A stretch of 64,000 bases of DNA from Candidatus Woesebacteria bacterium (GCA_013426185.1 CP058602.1:138231-202230); one strand, 5' to 3'. Numbered from the stretch's first letter, positions 19,348-28,879 are shown. Notes: generated by a model from the letters alone, not told the origin. Translations and numbers: made by a program.

Positions 19348-19569
19348 CTACCTTTTCAAGTTAAAAATTATAGAAAGAATAATTGTTAAGATGATGCTTA
19401 TGATTATTGAAGTTGTAATGGGTGCGTAGAAGATAAAATTTTCTTTTTTAATGAATATGTCACCAGGTAATTTCCCAAAATATGGTATTTTGCTAGAAAA
19501 TAGAATAAAAATACCGAAGGCGACTACTATTAGACCTAAAAGGATAATTAATTTACCCAAATCTTGCAT
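19348..19569 (-). CDS. DUF2905-like small membrane protein
   Basis: GKLPGDIFIKKENF.FYAPITTSI motif, two TMs. Confidence 0.8.
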   Translation of the reverse strand: MQDLGKLIILLGLIVVAFGIFILFSSKIPYFGKLPGDIFIKKENFIFYAPITTSIIISIILTIILSIIFNLKR

Positions 19570-19593
19570 ACCTAGATATTATAAATTTTAGCT

Positions 19594-21861
19594 TCAATGG
19601 GAATCAAATTGTATTCGCTCTCTTTTTAATCGCAGTGAATTGCCTACGACAGAAATTGAACTTGCAGCCATCGCAAAGGCGGCCAAAGCAGGGTTAAGAA
19701 GAAGGTGAAAAGAAGGATAAAGGATTCCCATTGCAACAGGAATTAGAGAAACATTATAACCAAATGCCCAAAAGAGATTTTGTTTTATAACAGAAAGAGT
19801 TTTTCGACTTAGATTGTAGGCCGTCAAGATAGATTTAATATCTTTGTTGAGTAAGGTGATTCCTGCTGATTCAATTGCAACATCAGTTCCTGATCCAATC
19901 GCAATTCCGATATCTGCTGTTGCTAAAGAAGGAGCATCATTTACTCCATCTCCGACAAAGGCCACCACTTGTGTTTTTTCTTTTTTCAGCTCTTTTACTT
20001 TGTTTGCTTTTTCTTCCGGCAAAACATCAGCTAGTACATTCTCTATGCCCGATAACTTTGCTATTGCCTTTGCGGTTCTTTCGTTGTCGCCTGTTATCAT
20101 CCAAATCTCAATACCCTCTCTCTTCAAGTTTTGCACAGTTTCTTTTACCCCACCTTTAAGAGTGTCGGAAATTGTAATTATACCCAGAAGATTTTTGCTT
20201 TGGGATAGAAACACCACGGTTTTTCCTTCGTATTCCAACTTTTTGATACTTTCTTCCCATTTATCGAGATTGACCCTATTTATTCCCATTAAAGCTCTAT
20301 TACCCAAAAAATATATCTTTCCTTCTATTTTTCCTTCAATTCCCTTCCCGGCGTGAGAGGTAAAGTTTTTTACTGCGGCAAGTTTTAGTCTATTACTTTT
20401 TGCCTTTTTGAGTATTGCATCAGCAAGCGAATGTTCGGATCCTTTTTCAAGAGAGGCTGCGATTTTAAGTACTTCCTCCTTGCTTATTTTTTGATTCTTG
20501 TTTTCAATGATATCAACTACTTTGGGTCTGCCTTGAGTTAGGGTGCCGGTTTTATCAAAAATAAAAATCTTTGCTTTGCTTAAAATCTCAAGGCTCTGAG
20601 CGTCTTTAATTAAAATGCCTGATTCTGCTCCCTTGCCGACACCTACCATAATAGCGGTTGGTGTGGCAAGACCCATCGCGCAAGGGCAAGCGATGATAAG
20701 AACGGCTATCATGTTACTCAAGGCTAAGTTGAAATTGCCAAAGTCGTACCACACAACAAAGGTTAAAACCGCAAGGACAAGGACAATGGGCACAAAATAT
20801 GAAGACACGATATCTGCAATTCTTTGGATGGGCGCTCTTGTTGCCTGAGCCTCTGAAACAAGTTTTATGATGTTTGAAAGCATTGTTTCTTTACCAACTT
20901 TCTCTGCTTTAAAGATAAAGGTCCCTGTTTTATTGATGGTTCCGCCAATTACTTTGTCTTTTACTTTTTTGTCAACAGGTATTGACTCTCCTGTTATCAT
21001 TGATTCATCAACACTGCTTGCTCCTTCAACAATCTCACCGTCTACAGGGATTTTTTCACCTGGCCTGACGCGGATAAAATCGCCAACTTTTACGTTGTCA
21101 ATTGAAATGTCAAACTCCTTGAAATTACCTCTTTTGATATCTGATATGGTTAGCTTGTCCCCCGTTCTTACAGTTTGCAACACTCTTGCAGTTTTTGCCT
21201 TGAGTCCTAGTAATTTTTTAATAGCATCGGAAGTATGAGCTTTAGCTTTTGCCTCAAGAAGTCGGCCCAACAGGATAAGAGCAATGATAACAGTTGCTGT
21301 GTCAAAGTATAAATGTCCCCCTTTAAAAGTTGAAATTAAAGAATAACCCCAGGCACTAGATGTGCCAATTGCAATTAAGGTATCCATGCTTGCAGTTCTA
21401 TTTTTGAGTCCTGACAATGTAGCCTGATAAAAACTCTTTCCTGCCCAGAACTGTACAGGGGTAGAAAGTAGTAAAAGAGTAAAAGGATTACTCAAAAATT
21501 GAGGAACAAAATTGAACCATTCTGGAAAACTCCCAAGTACTACAAAAATTGATACAACTATGGAGAAAATAGTCTTTATTTTGAGATTTTCAAGCTCCCT
21601 TTTCTTTTCTTCTTCTTTAATCTTGTTGATATCTTTTTCTTCGTCTGTTTTGATTATGGCTTTGTACCCTGCTTCTTCTACAGCGTTTGCTAAATCTTGA
21701 TCTTTAACATTCAGACTGCATTCAACCACTGCCTCCTCGCTTCCGTAGTTCACAGAAGCGGTTTTGACACCTTCTATTTTTTGCAATTTTCTTTCAATCA
21801 GCTTGGCGCAGGAGGCACAGTGCATTCCAATAATTGGGAAAGAAGTCCTTTTTATTTGCAT
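19594..21861 (-). CDS. copA: Copper-translocating P1B-type ATPase
   Basis: GMHCASC, TGES, CPC, DKTGT, GDGVND, YN...MAASS. Confidence 0.95.
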   Translation of the reverse strand: MQIKRTSFPIIGMHCASCAKLIERKLQKIEGVKTASVNYGSEEAVVECSLNVKDQDLANAVEEAGYKAIIKTDEEKDINKIKEEEKKRELENLKIKTIFSIVVSIFVVLGSFPEWFNFVPQFLSNPFTLLLLSTPVQFWAGKSFYQATLSGLKNRTASMDTLIAIGTSSAWGYSLISTFKGGHLYFDTATVIIALILLGRLLEAKAKAHTSDAIKKLLGLKAKTARVLQTVRTGDKLTISDIKRGNFKEFDISIDNVKVGDFIRVRPGEKIPVDGEIVEGASSVDESMITGESIPVDKKVKDKVIGGTINKTGTFIFKAEKVGKETMLSNIIKLVSEAQATRAPIQRIADIVSSYFVPIVLVLAVLTFVVWYDFGNFNLALSNMIAVLIIACPCAMGLATPTAIMVGVGKGAESGILIKDAQSLEILSKAKIFIFDKTGTLTQGRPKVVDIIENKNQKISKEEVLKIAASLEKGSEHSLADAILKKAKSNRLKLAAVKNFTSHAGKGIEGKIEGKIYFLGNRALMGINRVNLDKWEESIKKLEYEGKTVVFLSQSKNLLGIITISDTLKGGVKETVQNLKREGIEIWMITGDNERTAKAIAKLSGIENVLADVLPEEKANKVKELKKEKTQVVAFVGDGVNDAPSLATADIGIAIGSGTDVAIESAGITLLNKDIKSILTAYNLSRKTLSVIKQNLFWAFGYNVSLIPVAMGILYPSFHLLLNPALAAFAMAASSISVVGNSLRLKRERIQFDSH

Positions 21862-21868
21862 CTTATTT

Positions 21869-21964
21869 TCAAATTTTTTCTTTCTCGCTAAAGAAAAACC
21901 ATATTACAAAGATAATAGCAATAGTGCCCAAGAGCGTAACCAATATTTTGTCTGAAGTAATCAT
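21869..21964 (-). CDS. 31-aa single-TM protein in the copper operon
   Basis: [31 protein letters not shown]; ATGA overlap with the csoR stop. Confidence 0.65.
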   Translation of the reverse strand: MITSDKILVTLLGTIAIIFVIWFFFSEKEKI

Positions 21965-22251
21965 CTGGTTGATTTTCTAAAGACTGCTTTTATCTCTTTT
22001 ATTAATTTGTTTTCATCTATCTTTCCCTTTTTGGCAGGATCAATCACACAGCTTTTAATATGATTTTCAAGTATTATCTCGTCTACTTTTTTAAGTGCAG
22101 ATTGTATGGCTTGAGATTGATTAATAACGTCAATGCAATAAGCATCTTCTTCAACCATTTTTATAACTTTTTCAATGTGACCGCGAGTTATTTTTAGACG
22201 GTGAATTATTTTGCTTTTGGTTGGTTCTTTGCTGTAAAGGCGTGTGTTCAT
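21961..22251 (-). CDS. csoR: CsoR/RcnR family copper-sensing repressor
   Basis: RLK..RGHI, YCIDV..Q, ENHIKSC (Cys-His-Cys ligands); ATG at 22251 preferred. Confidence 0.88.
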   Translation of the reverse strand: MNTRLYSKEPTKSKIIHRLKITRGHIEKVIKMVEEDAYCIDVINQSQAIQSALKKVDEIILENHIKSCVIDPAKKGKIDENKLIKEIKAVFRKSTR

Positions 22252-22265
22252 ACTAAAATTACCTG

Positions 22266-22322
22266 TTGACATCCCCTGTATGGGGATGTATAAATTAAAC
22301 TACTTAGATTGTTTATTGTCAA
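22266..22322. promoter_or_regulatory. Overlapping divergent promoters with a putative CsoR operator
   Basis: Palindrome ACATCCCC-TGTAT-GGGGATGT at 22269-22289 inside + strand TTGACA-17-TATAAA; - strand TTGACA(22322)-17-TTTAAT. Confidence 0.75.
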
Positions 22323-22351
22323 GTGCTTTTATCTTTTAATATACTCTAATT

Positions 22352-23347
22352 ATGAACACAGTCTTTCTCGCCTTCTTTACTGGTTTAACTACAGGTGGCG
22401 TTTCTTGTTTTGCTGTCCAGGGTGGCCTTTTAGCAAGTTCAATTGCCAACCAAAAAGAAGGCGAAAGAAGTAAAGCAGTTTTTCTTTTCCTTTTCTCACG
22501 ACTTTTTGCTTACTTTGTTTTAGGAGCTCTTCTTGGATTTTTGGGTTCATCAATTGCCATTTCTCCTAAAGTTCAGGGATTAATGCAAATTTTTGCCGGC
22601 GTTATAATGCTTTTGACCGCTTTTCGTCTTTTTGATTTACATCCTGTTTTCAGGCGTTTTGTTATTACCCCTCCGAAGAGTGTTTTTAAGGTTCTGAGGA
22701 TAAAAAGCCGTGAAGAAGGACTTTTTTCAGCTTTGTTTTTGGGGTTATTAACTGTTTTAATACCTTGCGGTGTCACTCAGGCAATGATGCTTCTTTCGGT
22801 TGCTTCTGGTTCCTGGGTCTATGGTGGTTTGATTCTTTTCTCTTTTATTTTGGGGACCACTCCCTTATTTTTGTTTTTGGGTGGTGTCTCAGGAAAACTT
22901 TTTGAAGTCAAAAGTTTCAGATTCGTTGCTGCTTTTGTTATTTTAATTTTGGGAGTTTTGTCAATTAATACAGGGCAGATGCTTCGCGGTTCGATCCATA
23001 CGCTTCAAAATTATTGGCTAGCTGCAACGGGTCGCCTTGAGCAAAATGGTAGAGGTAAGATTGCGGAGTTTAATAAGAACGGTATTCAAGAAGTTGAAGT
23101 AAAGGTAACAACCTCGGGTTATTATCCCAGCGCTACTTCCCTTAAAGTGGGTGTGCCGGTTCGTCTTAAATTAAACTCTCAAAATGCACAGGGTTGTATC
23201 AGAGCTTTTACCATTCCTGAATATGGTATCTCTCAAGTTTTGCCTGCTAGTGGCGAGACAGTTATTGAATTTACTCCTACTAAAAAGGGTAAGCTCGCTT
23301 TTACCTGCAGTATGGGTATGTATGGTGGTTATTTTGATGTTTTCTAA
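22352..23347 (+). CDS. DsbD_2/TauE-like membrane protein with C-terminal cupredoxin-like domain
   Basis: SCFAVQGG and LIPCG TM cysteines; FTCSMGMY. Confidence 0.8.
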   Translation: MNTVFLAFFTGLTTGGVSCFAVQGGLLASSIANQKEGERSKAVFLFLFSRLFAYFVLGALLGFLGSSIAISPKVQGLMQIFAGVIMLLTAFRLFDLHPVFRRFVITPPKSVFKVLRIKSREEGLFSALFLGLLTVLIPCGVTQAMMLLSVASGSWVYGGLILFSFILGTTPLFLFLGGVSGKLFEVKSFRFVAAFVILILGVLSINTGQMLRGSIHTLQNYWLAATGRLEQNGRGKIAEFNKNGIQEVEVKVTTSGYYPSATSLKVGVPVRLKLNSQNAQGCIRAFTIPEYGISQVLPASGETVIEFTPTKKGKLAFTCSMGMYGGYFDVF

Positions 23348-23350
23348 TTT

Positions 23351-23575
23351 ATGGCAAAAAAGATTTACAAAGTAGAAGGAATGAATTGCGATGCCTGCGC
23401 CAAGATGATTGAGCTTGATTTGGAGGATGAAGGTGTTGTGGCAATGTGCGATTATGCTAAATCTTCTTTAGAAATTGAGATTGAAGACAAGAAAACTGAG
23501 GATAAGGTAAAAGAAGTTCTTAGAAAGGGTGGATACTTGTTGGTAGAGGAGACCAATCCCGATGTGGCAAGCTAA
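23351..23575 (+). CDS. HMA-domain copper chaperone (CopZ-like)
   Basis: VEGMNCDAC motif. Confidence 0.85.
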   Translation: MAKKIYKVEGMNCDACAKMIELDLEDEGVVAMCDYAKSSLEIEIEDKKTEDKVKEVLRKGGYLLVEETNPDVAS

Positions 23576-23611
23576 GCTACTTCCGAAGTTGACTGTGTAG
23601 CCAATTGGGAT
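23556..23611. repeat. ATCCCGAT hairpin element, degenerate copy 2
   Basis: ATCCCGATGTGGCAAGCTAA...ACTTCCGAAGT...GCCAATTGGGAT aligns with 19280-19336 in the same orientation. Confidence 0.75.
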
Positions 23612-23638
23612 TTTGATTTTGGAAATTTGAAGAGATTG

Positions 23639-23679
23639 TGGACGGTAAGGGACTCGAACCCCTGACCTTTCGCACGTCA
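23639..23679 (-). pseudogene. 3' part of interrupted tRNA-Val(GAC)
   Basis: TGACGT-GCGAA-AGGTC-AGGGG TTCGAGT CCCTT-ACCGTCC-A; acceptor strand pairs with 24045-24051. Confidence 0.85.
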
Positions 23680-23698
23680 TCCCGATTTTAATTTGGTG

Positions 23699-23772
23699 TG
23701 GATCCAGTAGGACTCGAACCTACGACCTCTTACACGTCAAGTAAGCGCTCTAGCCAGCTGAGCTATGGATCC
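23699..23772 (-). tRNA. tRNA-Val(GAC), intact, nested in the insert
   Basis: GGATCCA/TGGATCC acceptor; CTTAC-TTGACGT-GTAAG. Confidence 0.93.
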
Positions 23773-24012
23773 ATCATTTATTAACTTTTTGAGGTGTTTA
23801 GGATTTTTATATTTTTTCAGACGCTTTTCAAGCACTATTGCCTCTTTTTTAGTTTCTACACCTATGTTACATATCATTTTCCAAGGAACACCTCTTCTTG
23901 TCCATCTTTGTTTGCCTTTGTTATGGTTCAACAGTCTTTTAACCAAATCCTTAGTATAACCTATATATAATTTGTTTAATTTGATGCTTTCTAAAATATA
24001 GACAAAATACAT
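23737..24012 (-). CDS. Small GIY-YIG nuclease
   Basis: VYIL...YIGYT..L.KRL..HN.G...LEKRLK; 3' end overlaps the nested tRNA. Confidence 0.9.
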   Translation of the reverse strand: MYFVYILESIKLNKLYIGYTKDLVKRLLNHNKGKQRWTRRGVPWKMICNIGVETKKEAIVLEKRLKKYKNPKHLKKLINDGSIAQLARALT

Positions 24013-24028
24013 TTTATATTAATCGGGA

Positions 24029-24051
24029 CTAACCAACTGAGCTAACCGTCC
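24029..24051 (-). pseudogene. 5' part of interrupted tRNA-Val(GAC)
   Basis: GGACGGT-TAGCTCAGTTGGTTAG, then an abrupt switch to TCCCGATT. Confidence 0.85.
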
Positions 24052-24114
24052 CCATTTGATAGCAAAGTGCTTTTGTTTAGGTATTTTAGATTAAATTTGT
24101 ATCAACTTCAATAT

Positions 24115-24714
24115 TTAACCTGCAGATCTTGTTAGGTAATGATCGGCTGAAAGGAGAAAGCTTGAGCCGTGTTTTTTGTATCTGTTCCAGTATTTCATTC
24201 TTGTTCTTTTGCTTGTTGCCTCAAGCCAGATTGAAGCTTTTTCTATTTCAAGTCTTGCAGTTCTTATAATTTTTAGAACCTGTTCAAAGAAAAACAGATG
24301 ATATGTGCCGGGATTTTGTGGCGCTTGTTCCGGTATAGCCTTTATTTCTTCTCTTATATTTTGGGTGGATTTTGATAGAAGTTTTACTTCTTTTATGATT
24401 GCATCAAGCTCGGCTCTTAGCTGTCCTATCTTTTTTTCCACTTCTTTCTTTTCTTCTGTGAACACAGAAAGTTCGTGCCATCGGCTTGTTACTTCTACTC
24501 TTTTGGTTTCTGTTTTTATTCCTGATTTGGATATTTCTATTGATTCCCCGGGTCTAAATTCTTGTTTTTGTGGGTATTCACTTTTGACACCAACAATTTC
24601 TTGAAGGATGCTTAAAGGATCAATATTACTTGCCAAAGAAGACATTAACCCCACCTGTTCATTTAGGTTTTCTATTTGCTTTGCTCTCTGGCTTTTTTTT
24701 GTGGAATTTGCCAT
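24115..24714 (-). CDS. Hypothetical coiled-coil protein (possibly DUF5660-like)
   Basis: 199-aa ORF with PGTYHLFFFE...WL motif; family name from recollection. Confidence 0.6.
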   Translation of the reverse strand: MANSTKKSQRAKQIENLNEQVGLMSSLASNIDPLSILQEIVGVKSEYPQKQEFRPGESIEISKSGIKTETKRVEVTSRWHELSVFTEEKKEVEKKIGQLRAELDAIIKEVKLLSKSTQNIREEIKAIPEQAPQNPGTYHLFFFEQVLKIIRTARLEIEKASIWLEATSKRTRMKYWNRYKKHGSSFLLSADHYLTRSAG

Positions 24715-24738
24715 TGGTTTTGGCAGGCTTTTTTAATT

Positions 24739-25632
24739 TTATAACAAAGAAGTCAAAAATTCCAATGCCTTCCTTCTTAAGAGTATGTTTTTGATGGCTT
24801 CTCTTTGCTCTTGACTATTTTCTTGGCCATCTTGACTATTTAACGAAGCTGACATCTTCAAGACTTCATCTAATTCTTTTTTATCTACCTCTAGCTTTTC
24901 ATCAAGAGCTATTTTGTTGAGTATAAGTTCTAAAGCTAGAGATTGTTTTGTTTGGTTTTCGTATTCTTCTCTTAAGCTTTCTGCTGTTTTTCCAGTTGAT
25001 TCAAGATATTTTTCAAGACTTAAGCCCAATTTCTCTATTCTTTCCAAAAGTTGCGAAAGTCTATGATTTACTTCCTCTTCTACCAAAAGAGTTGGGACAT
25101 CTACTTTAATAATTTTCATTAGAGCCTCGATGACTTTTTGCTCTTTTTCCTCTTGTGTTGGTTTTTGGCCGTCTCCCCCCTTTTTATCAGGTGTCCAAAT
25201 TTCGGTGGTCTTTAGTTCTTTTCTAATTTCTTCTTTATAGTTGCCTAACTTGACTTCAGGCATTTCACAGGTAGTTACTCTTACCTGCCAGTTTTCTCCC
25301 TCTTTGGCTGACAGGAGCTCAAATCTTGGATAGATAACAGGTTTAATATTCTCTTCTTGTAGTGCTTCACGTAGAGCTGGCAAGACAATATGAGTTAGAA
25401 TTTCTTCGATTATTTTTTCTGGTTTGACATTTTCTTTTACCTTTGCAATTGGGGCTTTGCCTTTCCTAAAACCTGGTACTTCCAGATTTTGACCCAATTC
25501 TTTTAAGATATGCTCTTCGTTTTGAGCAATAATCTGGGCGGGTATGGTAAAGGTTATTTGGACCGTTTTGTCTTCTGTTCTCGCGACGGTTCTTGTAATT
25601 TTTTCTTCTTTATTTTCTTTCTTTTTAGTCAT
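24739..25632 (-). CDS. tig: Trigger factor lacking the PPIase domain
   Basis: VPGFRKGKAP ribosome-binding motif; only 297 aa. Confidence 0.9.
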   Translation of the reverse strand: MTKKKENKEEKITRTVARTEDKTVQITFTIPAQIIAQNEEHILKELGQNLEVPGFRKGKAPIAKVKENVKPEKIIEEILTHIVLPALREALQEENIKPVIYPRFELLSAKEGENWQVRVTTCEMPEVKLGNYKEEIRKELKTTEIWTPDKKGGDGQKPTQEEKEQKVIEALMKIIKVDVPTLLVEEEVNHRLSQLLERIEKLGLSLEKYLESTGKTAESLREEYENQTKQSLALELILNKIALDEKLEVDKKELDEVLKMSASLNSQDGQENSQEQREAIKNILLRRKALEFLTSLL

Positions 25633-25699
25633 AGTGGTTATTATATCCTAAATCATTAAAAATGGATAGGGGAATAAGCTTTACTTGAAATTTAGAACG

Positions 25700-25918
25700 C
25701 AAAATTGAAAGTTAAAAGTTAAAACTTTCTAATTAGATTATAGATTATAGAATTTTGATTTATACTTACTACATTCTACATTCTACTTTCTACTTTTATT
25801 TCCTGAATAATATAAAATACTAAATACTAACTTTTGACCAGCTTTGACTAACTCCGCTGCAGTCGGAGACTAACTTCGACTAATATCTGATAGCTGATGT
25901 CTGATATCCGATATCCGA
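25700..25918. repeat. Modular 7-bp-period repeat mosaic, locus C
   Basis: GTTAAAA, AGATTAT, TTCTACW, AATACTA and CYGATAK blocks; same orientation as B. Confidence 0.8.
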
Positions 25919-25922
25919 GGCC

Positions 25923-26078
25923 CTATCCCTTATGCTGAGTTTTAAAGGTTGAAGGGTTAAATTTGATGCCAAATGAAGATTTGGGACTAAAAGTTTTAGC
26001 CTTGAAAAAATCTGGAGTCCTATATTTTGGCCCTGCTTGATTTGGTCCTTCCTTTTTCTTGATAAAGCTTTTTGTCAT
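25923..26078 (-). CDS. Small basic hypothetical protein (51 aa)
   Basis: ATG 1 nt after the upstream stop; ends FKTQHKG. Confidence 0.55.
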   Translation of the reverse strand: MTKSFIKKKEGPNQAGPKYRTPDFFKAKTFSPKSSFGIKFNPSTFKTQHKG

Positions 26079-26079
26079 A

Positions 26080-26418
26080 TCAATCTTTGGCAAGACGAGA
26101 CAAAAACCAAGAAACAAAAGAAAGAGCTACCGAGGCAATGATGGCAGTTGTAAAGTTGGCAATCTCAAAGCCTGGGACAATAAGGCTTGCAACATAAAGT
26201 AGAGCCACATTGATAAGGAGAGCAAAAATACCAAAAGTGGCAATGGATATGGGTAAAGTGATTATTTGCAATATTGGTCTTATGAAGGTATTAACAATAC
26301 CAATTACAACAGCAGCAACAGTTGCTGCCCAGATATTGTCTAGCTTAAATCCTGGAACAAGATATTCAACAACATAAAGGGCAAAGACATTGATGGCAAG
26401 CCGCATTATTAGTCTCAT
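26080..26418 (-). CDS. YvlD/phage holin family 4-TM protein
   Basis: GIVNTFIRPIL..ITLPI...TFG motif. Confidence 0.85.
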   Translation of the reverse strand: MRLIMRLAINVFALYVVEYLVPGFKLDNIWAATVAAVVIGIVNTFIRPILQIITLPISIATFGIFALLINVALLYVASLIVPGFEIANFTTAIIASVALSFVSWFLSRLAKD

Positions 26419-26438
26419 ACTTTAATATAAACTTATTT

Positions 26439-27445
26439 TTAGTCTTTTGTCAAATTTTTAACAAAGAATTCTAAAGTATTCTCTGCCGCATCATCCCATT
26501 TTGGCCTTAAATTATGATTAGCACCGGCGTAAGTCTGATATTCCACTTCTTTACCTAATTTTTTAAGCTTCTGAAACATATCCTTTGACCACTTTTCAGG
26601 AACAACGTCATCACTGGCCCCCTGAATTATGAGAAGAGGTGAATTTATTCTATTGAAGTAGTTGGTTATTGAATATTTATCAACGTCATACAGTTCTTCA
26701 AATTTTGCTAGCTCTTTTCTTATAAATTTGCCTTTATCTTCTGCCTCGTCAGTATAATACAAAATTGAGTATGGAAATGGTTTTGAAACAGGAGCCCAAA
26801 GGACAGTAGGTATATTTTTCTCTGATACTTCAAGAGTATAAAGTGCTATCTGCCCTCCGTTTGAATGTCCCCAGATAAAAATATTTTTCCTTCCCATTTT
26901 TCGATATCCTCGACTGATTTGATTAAAGAAAGTATGGTAGTATAAGTTTGAAAACGGGATTCAAAAATATTTTCTGCTTCCCTGTCGGAATCTGCATACC
27001 CTAAAAAATCAGGAGCGATTGTTATAAAGCCTTTTTCGGCCAAAAAATAGCTCATATTTTTAGAGCCGGTTCCTGTTTTATAAATTTTTGGGTCAACATA
27101 ACCTCTAATCATAATGACCAGAGGAAAAGTTGATTTTCCTTTTGGTATGTTTATTAAACCTGATGTCTTTTTTATCGTCTTTTGGTCAAGGTTTGGGTTA
27201 AATTGAAATTCAAAAATGTAGGAGTCAAAAGTTTCTTTTTCTTCAATTTTTTCTTTTATGATTATTTTTCCTTCAGGTATATTGGTTTTGGCCAAGTTTT
27301 CAATAGAATATCTTTCAAGAGGTCTTTCTATTTCTCCACTTTTATTGATTAAATCAACCTTTTTATCGCTTTTATTTTTGTTTAGAAAATACAAGACGGA
27401 TATAAAAAGAAAGGCTATTGAGGCTATAAATAAAACATTTCTCAT
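26439..27445 (-). pseudogene. Frameshifted S9-like alpha/beta hydrolase (two ORFs)
   Basis: N-half has RGY/PDFLGY; C-half has GHSNG, D and H; one missing A at 26884-26888 would join them. Confidence 0.8.
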
Positions 27446-28839
27446 TTGTTTAAATATTGAGCGATAGTAAGAAAAGAAAATATTCCATAGAAAACAAAAG
27501 CGGAAAGAAGAAATAATTTTCGGAGTATACTTGGTCTTAGCGGTTTTTCAAGCAGTGAATTGTTTAGCCAAAGTATAAGTATCGTATATACAAACATTGT
27601 AAAAGCGTTTAAAACAGCTCCTAAAACAAGAAGAGTCAAAGGCTCTGTAATTCCAAACATAAATATAATTATCCCAAGAGTAATCTGTGACCAAAGGAAG
27701 AAGTAATAGAACTTAGGCAAGTTTTCAATCCTGAATCTGTTTTGGTTTAAAAGTATTAAATTCTCACTCATTATTCTTGATGTGGCGTCAATTACTGAAA
27801 ACTGTGTAAAGAAGAGTGTTAAACTGCAAATTCCAAGAAAGATACTACCTATTAGTGGAGCTGTTTTTAAGCCTATGTTTTTAGCTTCGGTTAAGATAAA
27901 GCCTATGCCACTTTCTGTCTCTTGGCCATAAACAGTTAGGTAGGAAAGAAATGAAAGAATTATCATTGTGAAAGCGCCGGTTACTAGGAAGACTAAAGAG
28001 TGCTCTATATTTATAGCTCTCCACCAATTTTTAAACCTTTCCAAATTTTTTTGATTTAAGGTAAAAGAGTAACCCTCAAGGTTTATTCTTTCTGCCTCGC
28101 CCGTCAAGATACTTGTTATTCTTCCTGAATATTTGCCCATTCCATAGCCCTTTTCTTTGACATAAAAGCTTTGAGCCAAATTAAGGTTGCCACCCGCGCC
28201 GGCATAAGCTACAGCTCCCAAAAAAGCTGCTATTGAGATGCCTTGAGGCAAAAACCAGAAATTATCACCTTTGCCCACAAGTCCCTCAAAAAGTGGTGGC
28301 AGATTTTCTTTTTTTGCAATTAGTGTTGTTATCAAAAGAATTAAGGGAATGCTAATACTGATCACTATCTTGAGCAATTTTTCTTGAGTTTTGTATATCA
28401 CAGGTCCTAAAGTAAAAATTAGGCCGATGATAATAAGGAAGATTATCGGAATAGCTTTTGTGTAATTTATTCCCAATAAATTTGAAAATATTTTTGCTGA
28501 TGAAGCGATAATTCCCGGCCACATCCAAGGGATTAGGGTTGAAACTATGAACCAAAAAGGGATTATTTTACCCATCTTTCTTGTAAGACCAACAAAAACA
28601 CTTTCCCCTCTTAAAAGCGTGTATCTTTCTATTTCCATATTGATGAAGAATTGGAAGGTAATGCCCAAGACTGCTGCCCAGATAATGCCCATTCCGTATC
28701 TTGATGCAAGGTATGGCCAGAGAATGATTTCTCCGCTTCCAAGTCCTAGTCCAAGTAAAATAAAACTTGGCCCCAGAAGTTTTTTTAAAGGAAGAGGTTT
28801 GGGTAAATTCTTTTTCTTTAGAGTATTTTTTGCTTCCAC
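27442..28839 (-). CDS. Nramp-like (APC fold) transporter
   Basis: LGPSFILLGLGLGSGEIILWP motif; about 11 TMs. Confidence 0.8.
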   Translation of the reverse strand: MEAKNTLKKKNLPKPLPLKKLLGPSFILLGLGLGSGEIILWPYLASRYGMGIIWAAVLGITFQFFINMEIERYTLLRGESVFVGLTRKMGKIIPFWFIVSTLIPWMWPGIIASSAKIFSNLLGINYTKAIPIIFLIIIGLIFTLGPVIYKTQEKLLKIVISISIPLILLITTLIAKKENLPPLFEGLVGKGDNFWFLPQGISIAAFLGAVAYAGAGGNLNLAQSFYVKEKGYGMGKYSGRITSILTGEAERINLEGYSFTLNQKNLERFKNWWRAINIEHSLVFLVTGAFTMIILSFLSYLTVYGQETESGIGFILTEAKNIGLKTAPLIGSIFLGICSLTLFFTQFSVIDATSRIMSENLILLNQNRFRIENLPKFYYFFLWSQITLGIIIFMFGITEPLTLLVLGAVLNAFTMFVYTILILWLNNSLLEKPLRPSILRKLFLLSAFVFYGIFSFLTIAQYLNK

Positions 28840-28879
28840 TTTATAAAGTTTAATTTATAATAGAATTTAAGGCAAGCTT

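Larger units (their letters stand above)
23680..24028 (-). mobile_element. 349-bp insert with 8-bp terminal inverted repeats, carrying a GIY-YIG gene and a tRNA-Val(GAC)
   Basis: TCCCGATT at 23680-23687 and AATCGGGA at 24021-24028 abut the two tRNA halves exactly. Confidence 0.7.

Noticed and set aside
19844-21955. Several + strand ORFs inside copA and similar antisense ORFs elsewhere
   Set aside because: Antisense shadows of well-supported genes, with no motifs
23468-23680. 70-aa - strand ORF
   Set aside because: Reads through the tRNA fragment and is antisense to the copZ-like gene
23680-24028. Group I or BHB intron in tRNA-Val
   Set aside because: The insert is almost fully occupied by the ORF and tRNA, leaving no room for a ribozyme core, and about 10 exon nt are missing
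26080-26418. Prophage suggested by holin-family genes
   Set aside because: YvlD-type proteins are common chromosomal genes; no integrase, capsid or terminase in the window
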